Shown here in pieces: positions 1 to 13,283 of a stretch of DNA of 64,000 nucleotides. Location: NCBI GenBank assembly GCA_951406725.2, contig OX597821.1, positions 41,726,001-41,790,000 on the forward strand, given 5' to 3'. Origin of the DNA: Octopus vulgaris. Its lineage: Eukaryota. The position numbers were made by a program, and so were the translations under genes. Under the pieces are notes generated by a model. It did not search any database. It was not told the DNA's origin and saw nothing but the letters and a program-made list of their open reading frames with translations. Every line of letters begins with the position of its first letter. Position 1 is the first letter of the stretch.

Positions 1-184
1 TTTACTTTGCGTTTGATTGACTTTGTTCGAAAAATATTATTTAATTTTCTTTGATATATATTCAGCCTTGAAATACAAACATACGCGCAAGTCGTTGTAG
101 GATCGACTACTTACGACTAGCTAGCGCGGATGCGCGCACCGGGACCACTGTTCGCTAGTAGTACCCGAAATTGTACTCCAAACA

Positions 185-696
185 TCTATATATATAAAAC
201 TCTAGTTGTGTGAGTGTCTGTCCCCTTCGATTTAGATTCCTAACTCCTCCCACATTTTGCGGTGCAGTTTAACCAAATTCGGGTATCTTATAGTCGTGAT
301 TCATATCGAGCCCGTCTGACTATTAGCGCGCGTCAACGATGAGTCTACGATTTTAAAAATAATTTAACATCATTTTTTATTCCATTTTAATGCATAAAAT
401 GCATCGTGTGTCGATGGCGGCGGAGTTGGCGTCCACGCTCAATGCTGCACCTGTTTGCTTCACCCCCTTCCCTCCCTCGTGAAGCTGTGGGGAAGGGAGT
501 GTAAAGAAATCAACGTCGTAATGCGTTGTGAAGGAGACCAGCGTTCTTTTAGAACAATGATTTCATGGCTTGAAGACACCAAAACAGAAATGGCTAAGAA
601 AGCCCGAATTGGCATCTATAAAGGAAGTAACTCTCTAAAAATGCTTATATAGTTATTTCCCTTACAAACCCGAGCAACGCCGGGCGATACTGCTAG
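185..696 (+). mobile_element. Non-autonomous Helitron
   Basis: Starts A|TC (184/185) and ends CTAG|T (693-696/697). A subterminal GC hairpin CCCGAGCAACGCCGGG lies ~8 nt before CTAG. No TSD. These are canonical Helitron termini. Confidence 0.8.
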
Positions 697-2700
697 TTCT
701 TTATAATAAACAAGCTAAAGAAAAAGTGGTACGTTGATATCAAGGATTACCTGAAATTGATTGTCAACAACAAACATTATCCACTCCCTTGCGACCTAAG
801 TTCATTATCTTCTCTGTCTTTTATGAAGAAAAACTGATACTAAAATTTGAGAAGGAGAAGGTGGTACATTAATAACAAAGATCACCTTTAATTGCTACAT
901 TGCCAGACTCTGTTCAGTCGCCTCCTACCTAAAGCCGTTAACATACATGTTCCTGTTTCTTAAGCGTGTACAGACTTATTTCAATTCACGTAAAGCTAAA
1001 GAAAAGCTATGCTAAATGGACTGACCTTAATTTCAATGCAACATTAGTGTTTAGAAATATTTTAAAAAATATATTACTACTTATATCTGCTTGGTATTTC
1101 CTTTAATATTGTTTTTCATTTCTCACTAATTTGAATTATTCAGTCAGAAACAAATTTAAAATATTGTATTGTTGTAAATTATAATGGAAATGTACGATTT
1201 TAGTGGTGAGAGGTAGGTCACTAGATTTAGGCTGGCTTTCTGAGAAGGTGAGTTTAGAGAAGTGTTTCCCAAAGTAGGCGGTGGAAAAATCTGATATGGT
1301 TGATGGGATCAAATCGGGTGTCAGTGTCGGGTGGGGGAGGGCAAAAGATGCATCGATAGTACACTCCTTTTAGTCTTTATCTACTATTTTAATATTAACA
1401 CATAAAGTGCGACGGGCCACAATTGTGGCCATCAGGCACAGATCAAAAGGCCACAATCGTGACGCAGAAAGATGCATTTAATTTAAGGGTGTTTGTTGCG
1501 ATCTAATGTCCCTCAAATGCTCCGATAACCCTCAGAATGCAAGAGGACTAATAGTTCAACTAATGACTTTTTCAGATGATGTCAAACTTGCCACCATTAT
1601 ATACTAAGAAGATATTTTAACTAATTTTTATTTTTTATGTGTGCATGGTAGAATCATTTTCATAAAATGTGCTCAGCAGTCCATGCTATGTAAGGGCAAA
1701 TCCCAGCGCTTTATGGGTTAACTTTAAGAAACATTTAATACGCTAAACTACTTGATAACCACATATTGACAATAATAATTGAGTTTTAAATATGAATAAA
1801 CGAAATTGTGTTTAAACTACCGATGTTGCATTCGCTTATAGTCACCTGCATTAAACTTGCACCCGAGTAAAACTGCTGCTTTTCGTAACATTTATAGCAA
1901 TATTTTGTTTGGAGTTAGAAATACAATGAACAAGTGATTTGCTCTTTGAAAACCTCTGACCAAGAGCGAAAATATTTGAAGTCAATGAGAAAAAGGAACA
2001 TTAGTTTGGGTAGAACTTAACTTGTAAATCTTAGCCGTGTCTATAACAGATTCACGGGAAACACAAGCACAAGTGAACTGAAATCATTTTTCCTAATAAT
2101 TATAATAATATTATTATTTCAAAAACTTTCTGTTTCTGGTAAATGAACGTCGTAGCTTTAACTGTGTCATACGATTTAAAATCGTGATTATAGTCTTAAG
2201 TAGCGTCATCTTTACTAATTAGTGACAAAAAAATAATCAATTAGAAACGAAAATAATCAATTTCACCTGACAAAACATTTTTGAATGGTTGTAAAACATT
2301 TAAAAATGTTCGCTAAAAAATAACTTAAATGATCACTTGAGATCTCTAAAACTATATTATTATTTGTAATTTTCAACAGATAAATTCATAAACGGTTTAA
2401 GCTTCCAAAAGACCGTGAAGATTTAATATTGTTTGAAAGAAACCAACTTTTGGAGTAATTTTTTTTTCTTTATAATTAGATCAGTAAAATAATTTTACAT
2501 AATTCTAAAAAGCCAATAATCGTTTTGCTATGTAGCGTTTGTCTAACTATCTATCTATCGATCGATCTATCTGCCTATCCATTTGTCTCTCTTTTTCTCC
2601 TTCTCTCATATACATACACCTTAGTATGTATTGGAAGTCATATAATAGTAATTACTGAAATGTTTTTCCCTTGGTTTCAGGTCGACGTGAAAAAGAGAAA

Positions 2701-3387
2701 ATGCGTAACGCGCTCAAAAAGGTTAAGACTGCGTTTGTTTGTCTTTTAATCATCTCCATTTGTATTTATGCGTATCGATGCAGGACGGTCATTATATCGC
2801 AGCGGCTTTTCTCTGCTTGCTTTAACAGTTCGATAGATTTGGATGCCATGCGCTATATGATTCATAGTTTCGATAAAGTCATGAACGAATATAATATAAT
2901 GCATTGGATTGAAGGTGGAACTTTGCTCGGTGCTCTCAGATATGGCGATATAATACCGTGGGATCACGATGGGGATTTTGGTTACTTGCTAGCAGATAGA
3001 GCCAAAGTCGTAAAAGTTGTTGTTCCAGTTTTAAAAAACAAATACAATATTTCGGTTGATCCTTTAAAGCCAACGGAAATGAAATACAAAGGATTAATTG
3101 TCGATCTTTATATATATAAAGCCCGCGTTACAGACCCTGGCATGTTGACTCGTGCCGTACCTACTCAACCGGAAGTTCTTGAAAAGTATTTCGATATTGC
3201 AAAAAGCCTAATTCTGCCAACTACAAGGTGTATGTTTGCTGGTCGTTTGGTTAACTGTCCTTCTCAGTCTGAGGAAGTATTGCGTTGGCGCTTCCGATAT
3301 ACGTATAATATGACGTTTCCCTATAAACTGAAGTGTTGGTTACCTTGGAATTACGTACGTGTTCATCAGATAAAAGTAAAAACCTAA
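2701..3387 (+). CDS. LicD/fukutin-FKRP family phosphotransferase (nucleotidyltransferase fold), type II membrane protein, 228 aa, single coding exon
   Basis: ATG at 2701, just after a splice acceptor (tgtttttcccttggtttcag|2681). A short basic N-tail precedes a hydrophobic anchor (AFVCLLIISICIYAY). Carries the LicD signature WIEGGTLLGALRYGDIIPWDHDGDFG (GTLLGA.R, PWDxDxD), then VDLY and C-terminal F.G..V.CP. Confidence 0.88.
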   Translation: MRNALKKVKTAFVCLLIISICIYAYRCRTVIISQRLFSACFNSSIDLDAMRYMIHSFDKVMNEYNIMHWIEGGTLLGALRYGDIIPWDHDGDFGYLLADRAKVVKVVVPVLKNKYNISVDPLKPTEMKYKGLIVDLYIYKARVTDPGMLTRAVPTQPEVLEKYFDIAKSLILPTTRCMFAGRLVNCPSQSEEVLRWRFRYTYNMTFPYKLKCWLPWNYVRVHQIKVKT

Positions 3388-4764
3388 TATTTCGTGTGTT
3401 TTGAGGGTATTGTCAAGTGGGGTGAAAGCAACCGAGACCGTTGGGTAGGGAGGAATAAATGTTATAATATTTAGTTTCGTTTATCCTGCTATATAAGCTC
3501 ATCTTCGTTTTTCACAAGTAAGTATTGTAAACAAGCAATTCCCTTAATTATATCCCCGACACCTTATACGTTTTTGTTCTTAGTCTGTAACTCATCAAAT
3601 ATTAAAACTATTTCAAAAGTGATGGCAAGAATTTCTCGATGAATTAGTGTTCTTTGATTAATATTTAGACAGAAATAATACAGTGAGCTGGCAAAATGGT
3701 TAGCACGACGGAAAAATGCTTGGCGGCAATTCGACCGTCTTTACGTTGTGTTCGAATTCTACCAATGTCGACTTTGCCTTTGACCCTCTCGGGGGCGATA
3801 AAATAAGTACCAGTTTGAACTCTAGGGTCAAAATAATCAACTTACCTTACCCTCAACATTGCTGGCCTTGTACTAACATTTGAAACTAATATTTAGACTG
3901 AAATTCTATATTATTTACCAGGACTAAATTTTATTTTATTAAAAGCTGTAGCTGAAATCGGACATTATTTATCCTACAAAAACATTCTCAAATTAAAATT
4001 AGAAATTCAAATTATGCAGATGACTTTAGCGAGATGAACCTGTCCAAGTTTCAACATAGATGAGATCAGAGGATTTGTTAAGCAGATCGAGTAAATTAAA
4101 TAGAAACCCCTGTAGGAGTTAATTGGGTTTTCGAAGTTTAAGACTGCGGAGTTTTAAGAGAGAGTAAATGAGATTGTATAACAAGATATGCAGGCTTTTT
4201 TGAAGTGCATTCGACACGTTCAAACTAGAATTAAAACCGGGGTGGAGTGATCTTATTGCTTTCTACCTGTTAATCAACGATGTTGCTCACCGCTTAACAT
4301 GATAACACAGTTTAGCAGGCAATAGGAAACCAATATCATTTTATGGTATGAATTCTCGGAATTTATATGGTGACTTGTGACAGTTCCTAAACAGAAATGG
4401 TATTAAGTAGATTGGTTTAATCGTGGAATCGGAATATCGAGAATTTATTATCGCAATGCTTTTTAGAAACATTTTTTGCAACAAGATCAATATTTGCAAT
4501 GAAGGAAGAGCTTCGATCGTTTAACTTGATCATAATAAATTAGAATTGCTACAGTTTTGCAGATCCACTGAAATTTGAACTTATGACTCGCAAATTATAC
4601 GTTAAAACTATCATAAGTCTCTTAGTTGAAAGCCTTACTTTTTTGCACCAGTTCACGTGTTCTCTCATCGATTCTGATTTTGGATTAATATACACTAGAA
4701 ATGTGTTTGTACTCCCAAGTAACTTCCAATGAACATATCCCATTATTTCTCAATGATATATTTA

Positions 4765-5135
4765 TACAGTTCTGTATTTAAGAGATGAGGAATTATGTAC
4801 ATTACTCTTTTACTTGTTTCAGTCATTTGTTTGTGGCCATGCTGGAGGACTGCCCTCCAGCATCCTTCAGGTGTCTTGGGGAAATTTCGAATCTGGGTTC
4901 TCATTCCTAAGGTATTTTTCAATATTGTTGTTGGAATCGAACTCGGAATCTTGGGGTTAGTAGCCCGCGCTCTTAACCACTACGCTGTATGCCCACGGGC
5001 ATACGGCGTAGTGGTTACGGAGTGAATTTTAGGGCTTATAAATCCAATATTTTTCGAGGGTATATCAGCCAAAACGTTGTGTTAACAACAAACAAGATAA
5101 GGACAAATATACTTCGAATGTAAATAATGGATACA
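4765..5135. mobile_element. Fold-back element with tRNA-like head and split hammerhead-like motif
   Basis: 21-bp-arm hairpin at 4974-5017. The minus arm begins with a tRNA-like A/B box head (agcgtagtggtt...gagttcgattcc). HHR halves lie on opposite arms (4863-4874 minus; 5056-5082 plus). Confidence 0.45.
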
Positions 5136-5497
5136 TTTATAGTAAGAAATGTTTTGTTTATGTTATAAATCAGTCAATAAAGGATATTAATAAAACATAC
5201 GTCATCCTTGCAAACTTTCAACATGCAGCATTAATGAACAAGCTGGTGAGTATCGTAGAGTATATAGGCTCCTTACGACGCGACTCTTGGATCTGATTTC
5301 GATTCCCACACACTAATAACCTTACGAAATTCTACTCACTGTACACCTGTAATAATCTATGCATATAGATATACGTATATATGCATATACACACGTGCTC
5401 ACACAATACACATGTATATACACACACACATACATATATCTATACATACGCTCTGTCTGTCTGTCTAGATAGATAGATAGATAGGTAGATAGATAGG

Positions 5498-5572
<75 letters not shown>

Positions 5573-6128
5573 TTTGTGTGGGTGGGTGAAAGCAAGGAAG
5601 GATATAATTATTCAATATTTTCTTCAAAATTCGTCTCCTGAAAGCATTCTTGATGATCTCAGCATCATCTGGAAGCTGTCGGTATTCCGCAAACTTTAGA
5701 GAATACTTTTATGTGCCACTGTGAAATACCTTCTTACGACTCCATTGCCTGAACACTTACCAAACATCCGGCGACAAGGCTGGATGACACAACCGTATGT
5801 TACGAGCCGTTTTGAATATTTCCTGTGAACAAAAGCACCTGAAGACAGAAAGGAAATATGGCAGTCGTCTTGTTTTCACTGGAAACCCACATATACACAC
5901 GTGTGGCAGGACATTGTTAGAGAGCAAAACAAAAACTCAGTGATGCATTCCTATGCATACACCAGCACCGGTATACAGGTGTTAGCCGTTCAACTAATCT
6001 TAGTGGTGCACATTGAAATATTTTGGCTTGTAGAGATATCGCTTGAATGCTTGTATACCTGAAGTTTATTGTAGATGTTTTCATGGGAGGAGTTGGACCC
6101 ATTTTCCCAAGTAAAGAAAAAAAAGGAG

Positions 6129-6538
6129 TCTTTTCGGTTTGAACGGCAGTTTTTAACATAATTTCTAGGTAACTAAAAAATTTTAAACTTCGTATACTGG
6201 TAGAATGTGTTTATAAAACATCTTTTTCTCTTGGCTTTATTGAGAAAATTCTATAGTTTGTAAGATATTTGTTGATTTTTTTCTTCAATTTCTGCAATTC
6301 CAACCAATCACTGACGTATTTGAGGTAAAAAACATTCTGTGCCGTATGAATATGTCCCTCGTTTAAGAAACAGATTGGGTTAATTTACATTTGTGAAGAA
6401 AAAAAGATACCCTTCCCCCCACCCCTAACCCTAACTCTAAAATAGATTGAAATGCAATAGATCGATACTAGGGTCATAATTATGGGTGACAATTTCATAT
6501 GACACCGCTAGAAAAAACTGCCGTTCAAACCGAAAAGA
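6129..6538. mobile_element. MITE with ~26-bp terminal inverted repeats
   Basis: TCTTTTCGGTTTGAACGGCAGTTTTT at 6129 and its reverse complement ending at 6538; no coding capacity. Confidence 0.8.
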
Positions 6539-8928
6539 TAAAAAAAAAACACTAAAATAACTGTGCTGTTGTTGTTTACTGGATTTAGCAAATGGGGTCA
6601 ATGCGCTGATACACATTGAGAACAAGAGAGTAACTGGGATTCGAAACTAGAATACCCTAACTGTGAACACAATGCAATGATGGTTACTAGATACGAACCG
6701 CCAACCTCTTCAGTCACTGGTCTCTACGCTGTTGACTCAGCCCCACTTTTTTTCCCCTCGGAAAGTGCGTTAGTAATCATATTTTAAACAACTACTGATG
6801 TAGCATTCCAGGTCTTCTTCTGAGAGAGTTTTGCCGGGTAGAATCCCAATTTCAAAAATATTTCTGGAAACGTGCAGAAAATTAATCAGCTTTAGGTTGT
6901 TTTAAATATGATCATAAATTTCTGCATAATTATGTCGCAATTTGCAAAGGAAATAGATTTGGCGTTAATTCTTAATGTTGATGTTTTAGCTGATATAAGA
7001 AGAAAAATCGAAATTATATAATTTGTAAAAAGTGTTGAAGGGTTGTCAACTAAATAATGAATAATTATTTTTAAATATTTAAAAGCTACAGTTAATCTAA
7101 AGAAAGTGATTATCTGATATTGATCTATTATTTATTATTGTTTACTTTTATATCGGTTAACTTGTGGTAACCGTCATACAGTTGAATTCCAAAGGATACC
7201 GGTTTCGATATCGGTAAGGTATTCACACTTATCCCCTCTTCAATGTCACACACTCCTTCATCTTCTCTGAATTGACGGAGCTGAGCAAAAATAAGGAATA
7301 CATTTCTTTTTATTATTATTTCCAAGCTATATTCTCTATTGTTCAACAACACACATGTCGCGACATCATAGCCAACACTCAGATCACATCCACATAACGC
7401 TGGCAGAACAAAATGAAAGATTTCAAAGGAAAGCCCGTTTAGACATACAAAAAACACGATTGTCTGACAGTAAATTCCAGCCTGTAGAGTTTTTGTCACA
7501 TCATCCAGACTCTGTTACAATACTATCCAGTTCCTACAAACGAAAAAGGACAAATATCTACAAAAAAAAGCATCATGATCTTTGTTTTTCGTTTTTTTTT
7601 TTTATTTAAACTAATATTATTTAGCTGCAGTTTCAGAAAGAATCCTGTGTTGAGATGCATATCGTCAAAGATGAATGCACAGCCACAGGCATGATGATCG
7701 TTTGGTTAAGAATTTCGTTTCGCAATGACGAAAGATATAATATTCATCAATCAACCATTTCTTTCCGCCTTTTCCACCAATTTGTGATATTGTGACTCAA
7801 CAACCTACTGTCATTTATCAGAAATAAGAAAAAACTCTTCTCTAACTGGATTTGAACACCTAATTCATTACCTAATCACACACGTTCCTTTAACCACTCT
7901 CTTGTATTGCTATGAATAAATGACAAAATGCTCAAGATTTTCATTGCTGTTGTTCCTTGTTCTTTGTTTGCAAAGTAAAACCAAAATATTGATTTCAAAT
8001 TTTGGCACAAGGCCAGCAATTGCTTGGGAGAGTGTAAGTCGATTACATCGACCCACTGCTTAAGTGGTACTTCCTTTATTGACCCCGAAAGTATAAAAGA
8101 AAAAGTCGACCGCACCTTAAAGTAAAAACCAAAATGTTAGCATTTTAACATAGCAGGCGATGACTTTGAGAGTCTGGTGAAGAGGCTATGGGGATATGTT
8201 TAGCATTCTTTTGAGAATCTGGAATATAAAATGTTTGACTACAACCAAACTATTAACTAAATTAATAGTTTGTTGCAACTACGCAGCTAAATTTTTCCTG
8301 TCTTCATTTTAAAAGAGATACAAAATAAAATTCGAACCTGCAACGATTTTCAAATGATTTTTCTTTGTCTTTAGTTTATTGAGTTTACTTAGATTTAAAA
8401 AAGATTAATAATTCTTGAGACACTTCGTCGTCTTTCATGGAACGGTTTTTAAATGTTATTCAAAACCAGAGGCGCTTATTTGGTCACATTTTGATTTTTT
8501 CATATTTGTTTTATTTGGTTTATTACAAAATACATATTTTGTTTTAATAGAAATATTGTATGGAATTATCTGGATTCTTGACCAGATAACAATCAGCAAA
8601 AAAAAAATACCTTACAAAACTTGATTGGTCATATTGATTGTTGCAGCAGTTGTATATGATGTAACTCTTTATCGAGGAGTCATCAGTTACATATTTTAAA
8701 ATGTGTCAAAGCGAGCAGTTTCGAGTCTAGTATTGATTAAATCCAGCCAATCCTATTTGACAGACTAATTCCACAGATGTTACAATGTGACAGTTTGTTG
8801 TTAATTTAAAGAGAAGCATTTAAGTATTGTTCAAGCTTGTTTCTTTTTGTCGTTATTCAAATTCACAGCGACAAAAATAAAATGAAATCTTCTCGACATA
8901 TTTTGCCAATTATTTATACTTATTTTTA

Positions 8929-9104
8929 TTAGCAGGTTGCACCACGGTAATAAGTGCACATACTAATACTTCGATCAAAGCGTGTTCCTTTTGGACATTT
9001 CATTCTTATCGCCTGGTTGCTGGGCAGACACAGTATGTAGTGCCTACAGGATCTCGGGTCTGCTAAACGTTTCCGAGGGGCTTTTGTACAATCTACATTG
9101 TTTA
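8929..9104 (-). CDS. GH18 chitinase exon 10 (last): CBM14/ChtBD2 chitin-binding domain
   Basis: Acceptor ttttattttcag, phase 1. Encodes (V)NNVDCTKAPRKRLADPRSCRHYILCLPSNQAIRMKCPKGTRFDRSISMCTYYRGATC*, with six Cys in peritrophin-A spacing including CP.GT.FD. The stop overlaps AATAAA. Confidence 0.93.
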
Positions 9105-10427
9105 CTGAAAATAAAAATTAGAAACAAAATCTTAAGCAGAGAAGAAAAACAAAAATTTTTTTTAAATAAAATTGTAATAGTAATATCATTTTTGTATCTT
9201 GGGTATCTTTCAACGGGTGGAATCTGGCATATGTGTAGCGCTCAAGAGAAATCGATATTTCAGCTACACAGACGAATATAAGGGAAGCAGTGTTTCTGAC
9301 TAAACTATGTTTTTGGACATAAATCTTACACAATTTTCTTTACATTCATAAAGTATGTAGTGGAAAACTTAATCCGTTGGTATTGCTGACATTTGCAAAG
9401 TATCCAGTAAGCTGAATAATCTCTTGATTAATAAAATACAGCGAAAGAATTGCTGAAGTTTGACCTTTTAGCGATCAATGGCTGACCATACTTATTCAGT
9501 TTTATTTTCTAGACAATCTGGTACCTATTCCCGATATTTAAGTGAATTGGTACAATATCAGAAGAAACAGAAATAGAAAAAAAATATTTAGCAGAAGCCT
9601 AAGTTAATCTATTCGAACATATTGCATCTTCTAAAAAACAAAATCACTATGAAATTAATAACCAACATTCTTCCATGCATATGTGTGTGTAATCTTATTT
9701 GTGCGTTTTATATTTTTATGATAAGGTTATGAAAAACTATTTGGAAAGGTGTAGGATTGTTGGCCCGGGAGCCAAAGAGATGTATTCTCTTAATCAAGAT
9801 CAATAATTCTTTTTGACTACTAGCCCCGCATGTTATAAATACTTCCCGCTGGTAAGTTTGAGCAATAGAACCGAATACTAAATTAGGATTTTGTTAACTT
9901 ATAGATCTCGGCCTTTAAATAAATACCCAGGAATTACATCAATGTATTCTCTCAAAAACAATAATAAATTCCTAAAATCGACGAAATCACCAAAATTGCA
10001 ATCTTCCTGCCTTTCGCTATTATGAAGTCTAAGAAAGCTTTCACTAATAACAGTTATTTTTCACATCTAATGAAGTGGCTACTATTTGAGAGACAATAAT
10101 ACTCTTTCATGCATAAGATACTCTTTCGTAGACGCTGTCACCATCTAACTAGTGGCATGGTCTCTTTCATATAAAGGGAAGTGGCGACCGTTTCACAGAC
10201 AATTATGAATAACTTCGGACAAATGGTGTTCAGCATTATTTTAGCTTTGATAAATGTGCCGCATTCTGTTGTCCGTTTACCCACATCTTCAAACGCATTC
10301 AGTGATATATAGGAAAAGGTCAAAATATATTTCTTTCCTCAGTTTACCAATATTTTTGCTGGTGGGAAGTTGGGAAAATTGTTAAGAACTTGCTACGATG
10401 CTTTGCCTGGACTCCGCAGAGAATCAA

Positions 10428-10672
10428 CAGGATGTTCAAAAAGTCTCTGCGCAGTGAGTATATTATTACAAAATAAACACTTAGAAGATGGCATAAGACT
10501 ACAAAAGAATATATTAGACTTTACAAGACTTTAAAACTTTATAAGAGGTGTTGAAAGTGTCGTCTTTCATTTTCAATACACAAGCTGACTCTTCTACACA
10601 TGTTTTGAAATATATCTTGGAGAGTCAGAAGGAAAAAAAGTTCACTTGCGGAGAGACTTTTTGGACACCCTG
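10428..10672. mobile_element. Tc1/mariner-type MITE
   Basis: Imperfect ~28-bp TIRs (caggatgttcaaaaagtctc / gagactttttggacaccctg), with TA on the right side. Confidence 0.6.
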
Positions 10673-10814
10673 TACATTTAGAGGTGCAAGCGAGTCCTTC
10701 CACTCTAATGTCGATGTGAATTGCACTTTTGAGTCGTTCTTATAAGAGTTGGCTTTGCAATGTTCTTGCACGTTTAGCCATTTTACTAACAATGGTAACA
10801 ATGTTAGGTAGTAA

Positions 10815-11705
10815 CATGATGGTACCCAAAAGTAACCGGATACTTTCTCTGTGAGACAAACCCTTCGTGGTTCAGGCTCTCACCGCTAGAAGCCACTTGG
10901 TGCGAACCTCAGGCATCAGTCTGTCAACTGGTGTTGCCCAGTGAGGTCATACTGCCACGTGTTGCATCTTTGTTTTGCAGTGCTATTCCCAGTGTTCATC
11001 GATTTTTGTGATGGCTGAAACTAAGGAACAGCGTGCTTCCGTAAAATCCTGTTTTCTACTGGCAAAAATGGCGACCGAAACAGTTGTCATGCTTCAAACT
11101 ACTTACAAGGCTGCTGCCATGAGCAAAATACAAGGTTACGGGTGGGTTTCACGTTTTAGGAATGATCACTAGTCACTTGAGGACCAACTTCGTTCAGGAC
11201 GACCGTCGACCTCCCGACGCGAAAATTCATGAACTGCTCTTGGAGGACCGTCACTGAACAATTGACAAACTTGTTGATATGACAGGTATGTCTTGGAGCT
11301 CCTACCAATAAGTTTTGCGCGAAGAATTACGAATGAAAGGAGTTGCAGCAAAATTTGTGCCTAGCTTACTCGCGGAGGATCAAAAGCAGTGGCGACTGAG
11401 TGCGTGCCATGAACTGAAAGAATAGTTGGAAGTTGATCCGGACAATTTTTGAAGGTCATCACTGGTGACAAAAGCTGGTGGTACGGAATTTGCAGATGTG
11501 GAAGAGATGAAGAAAAAACGACGGGGGCGTTAAAAGGCATCACTTTGCAAGAGTTCCATCACTGTTTCCAATAGTGGAAAACGTGCCTGGACTGATTCAT
11601 TGCTTCAAATGAAGAATACGCTGAAGGCGGCAAAAGAGTAAACATGTAAAACTAAGTGAATAAAATAATATTGCAAAATTCCGGGGTTTTTTTTTATACC
11701 CTCTA

Positions 11706-11708
<3 letters not shown>
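10815..11708 (+). mobile_element. Decayed, internally deleted mariner transposon
   Basis: MAETKEQRASVKSCFLLAKMATETVVMLQ...WVSRFR...SLEDQLRSGRPSTS (mariner HTH region) and ITGDKSWWY (first catalytic-D motif), with stops and frameshifts. Degenerate TIRs; abuts (TA)n. Confidence 0.8.
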
Positions 11709-11746
<38 letters not shown>

Positions 11747-11748
<2 letters not shown>

Positions 11749-11866
11749 GGAGTAAGCACATAAATGTGAAACAAGGGAGAAACAAGAGTACTCAAATACC
11801 AGGGGTAGAGTAATATGCTTTATTTAAAAGCAGCAGAAATATAGCAAAAGCTGCTTTTAAATAAAG
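11747..11866 (-). mobile_element. Minimal fold-back copy of the 20544-22969 element (71-nt tail + 17-bp hairpin) in (TA)n
   Basis: Reverse-complement homology to 22880-22969; hairpin ctttatttaaaagcagc...gctgcttttaaataaag. Confidence 0.75.
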
Positions 11867-11893
11867 TATATATGACCATTCCGAAATATAACA

Positions 11894-11968
<75 letters not shown>

Positions 11969-12528
11969 CTGGGTCTCCTATGCCGGTGCCCTGATAACTA
12001 AGTGATCTTTTGTTCCCTTAGGATTGTTATTCCATTTCATGAAACTTTGCGGTTGACTAGGCTGGTGCTCTTCTGCGTTCGATATGTCATTAAGTGCGTG
12101 AGTCCTGGTTTGATACCATTGTCTGGCACCTTTTGAGTGGAACTTGGTAATCTGAAACCGTATGGAAGTGTAAGACTGTGTGTGTGCGTGCTCAGCATGC
12201 GTGTGTGTGTGTGTGTGTGTTTGTGTGTGTTTGTGTGTGTTTCTGTGTCTGTGTCTGTTTGTGGGGGAGGGGTGTATGTGTCTCCGTTACTGACGAATTT
12301 TAGCTCATACTGTAACCAACAATGAAAAGCTGTTCCTCTTCATGTGAAGTTCTTTGCAATATTTGTTCTGGACCGACTTACAAACCCTCCCTTGTCGTTA
12401 TCGCCGTCAAAAATAACAGTGAATCGGTTATTGTATTGTTGTATTGTTGAAATTTTATAACGATGCTACAGTCTTCCAGTTGTTCTATTGAACATGTATA
12501 AATAATATGTTAAAGACAAATATACTCT

Positions 12529-12730
12529 TGGCACAAGGCCCGCAATTTTGGGAGAAGAGACCAGACGATTAAGTCGACCTCAATACGCAAATGGTGCTTA
12601 ATTTATCGACCCCGAAAGGATGAAAGGCAAAGTCGACTTCGGCGGAATTTGAACTCAGAACGTAAAGATAGACGAAATACCGCTAAGCATTTCGCCCGGC
12701 ACGCTAATGTTTCTGCAAGCTCGCCGCCTT
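12529..12730 (-). mobile_element. tRNA-derived SINE, family B (gcctttcatcctttcggggtcgataaa core)
   Basis: Highly similar copies at ~3685-3890(+), 7990-8115(-), 13650-13880(-), 19165-19365(+), 23096-23312(+), 28220-28640(+, two copies), 31740-31960(+), 32510-32710(-) and 45130-45275(+). A box (agctggcagaa) and B box (gagttcaaattcc) present. Confidence 0.8.
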
Positions 12731-13283
12731 TATAGACAAATATTCACTCTGGATAAAATGTTAATCTATCAGAAATAACTCTTCTCAAACAGGAAATTGA
12801 AGCGAGCACCGTAAGGCAACGAAATTGCCAAATATTGGTGAACTCTATTGCTTTAAAACATGTCAGTTTAAAACAGGTCCGCGAGCTTTATAAAGCTCGC
12901 GGACAAATCAGTGCACTGGCCCCTGAAATATTTGTTTATTGGCAGCCAGACACAACATACGTAAATCAGAATTGGGCCCCAAGATCCGTTCATCAATATT
13001 TACTCCTACCTTTTTACTTTTGCCTATAACTAATGGGTACAAGATCAGCAATTCATGAGAACAAGGGGTTTGGTCGATAGCTTTGGTCCCACTGTTTGAT
13101 TGGTAGTTTATTTTATCGACCCCCAAATGTACGAGAAGCAAAGTTGGTGCTTGAAGGATTTGAACTGGGAACGTAGAAAGTCGAAATAAATACTACAAAT
13201 TATCTTTTCCAACGCTCTAAAGATACTGCCAGTTCACCATCTTGTAATTAAATAATATCAAGAAAAGAAACTCAGACTCCTAC

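Noticed and set aside
6421-6440. Telomere-like ccctaa repeats
   Set aside because: Only 2-3 degenerate units inside a MITE.
7194-7247. Minus-strand TTGAAGA...GAAA-ccgg-TA and overlapping 123-aa ORF
   Set aside because: Core mutated and stem I unpaired; the ORF has no recognisable motif. Too weak to call as either.
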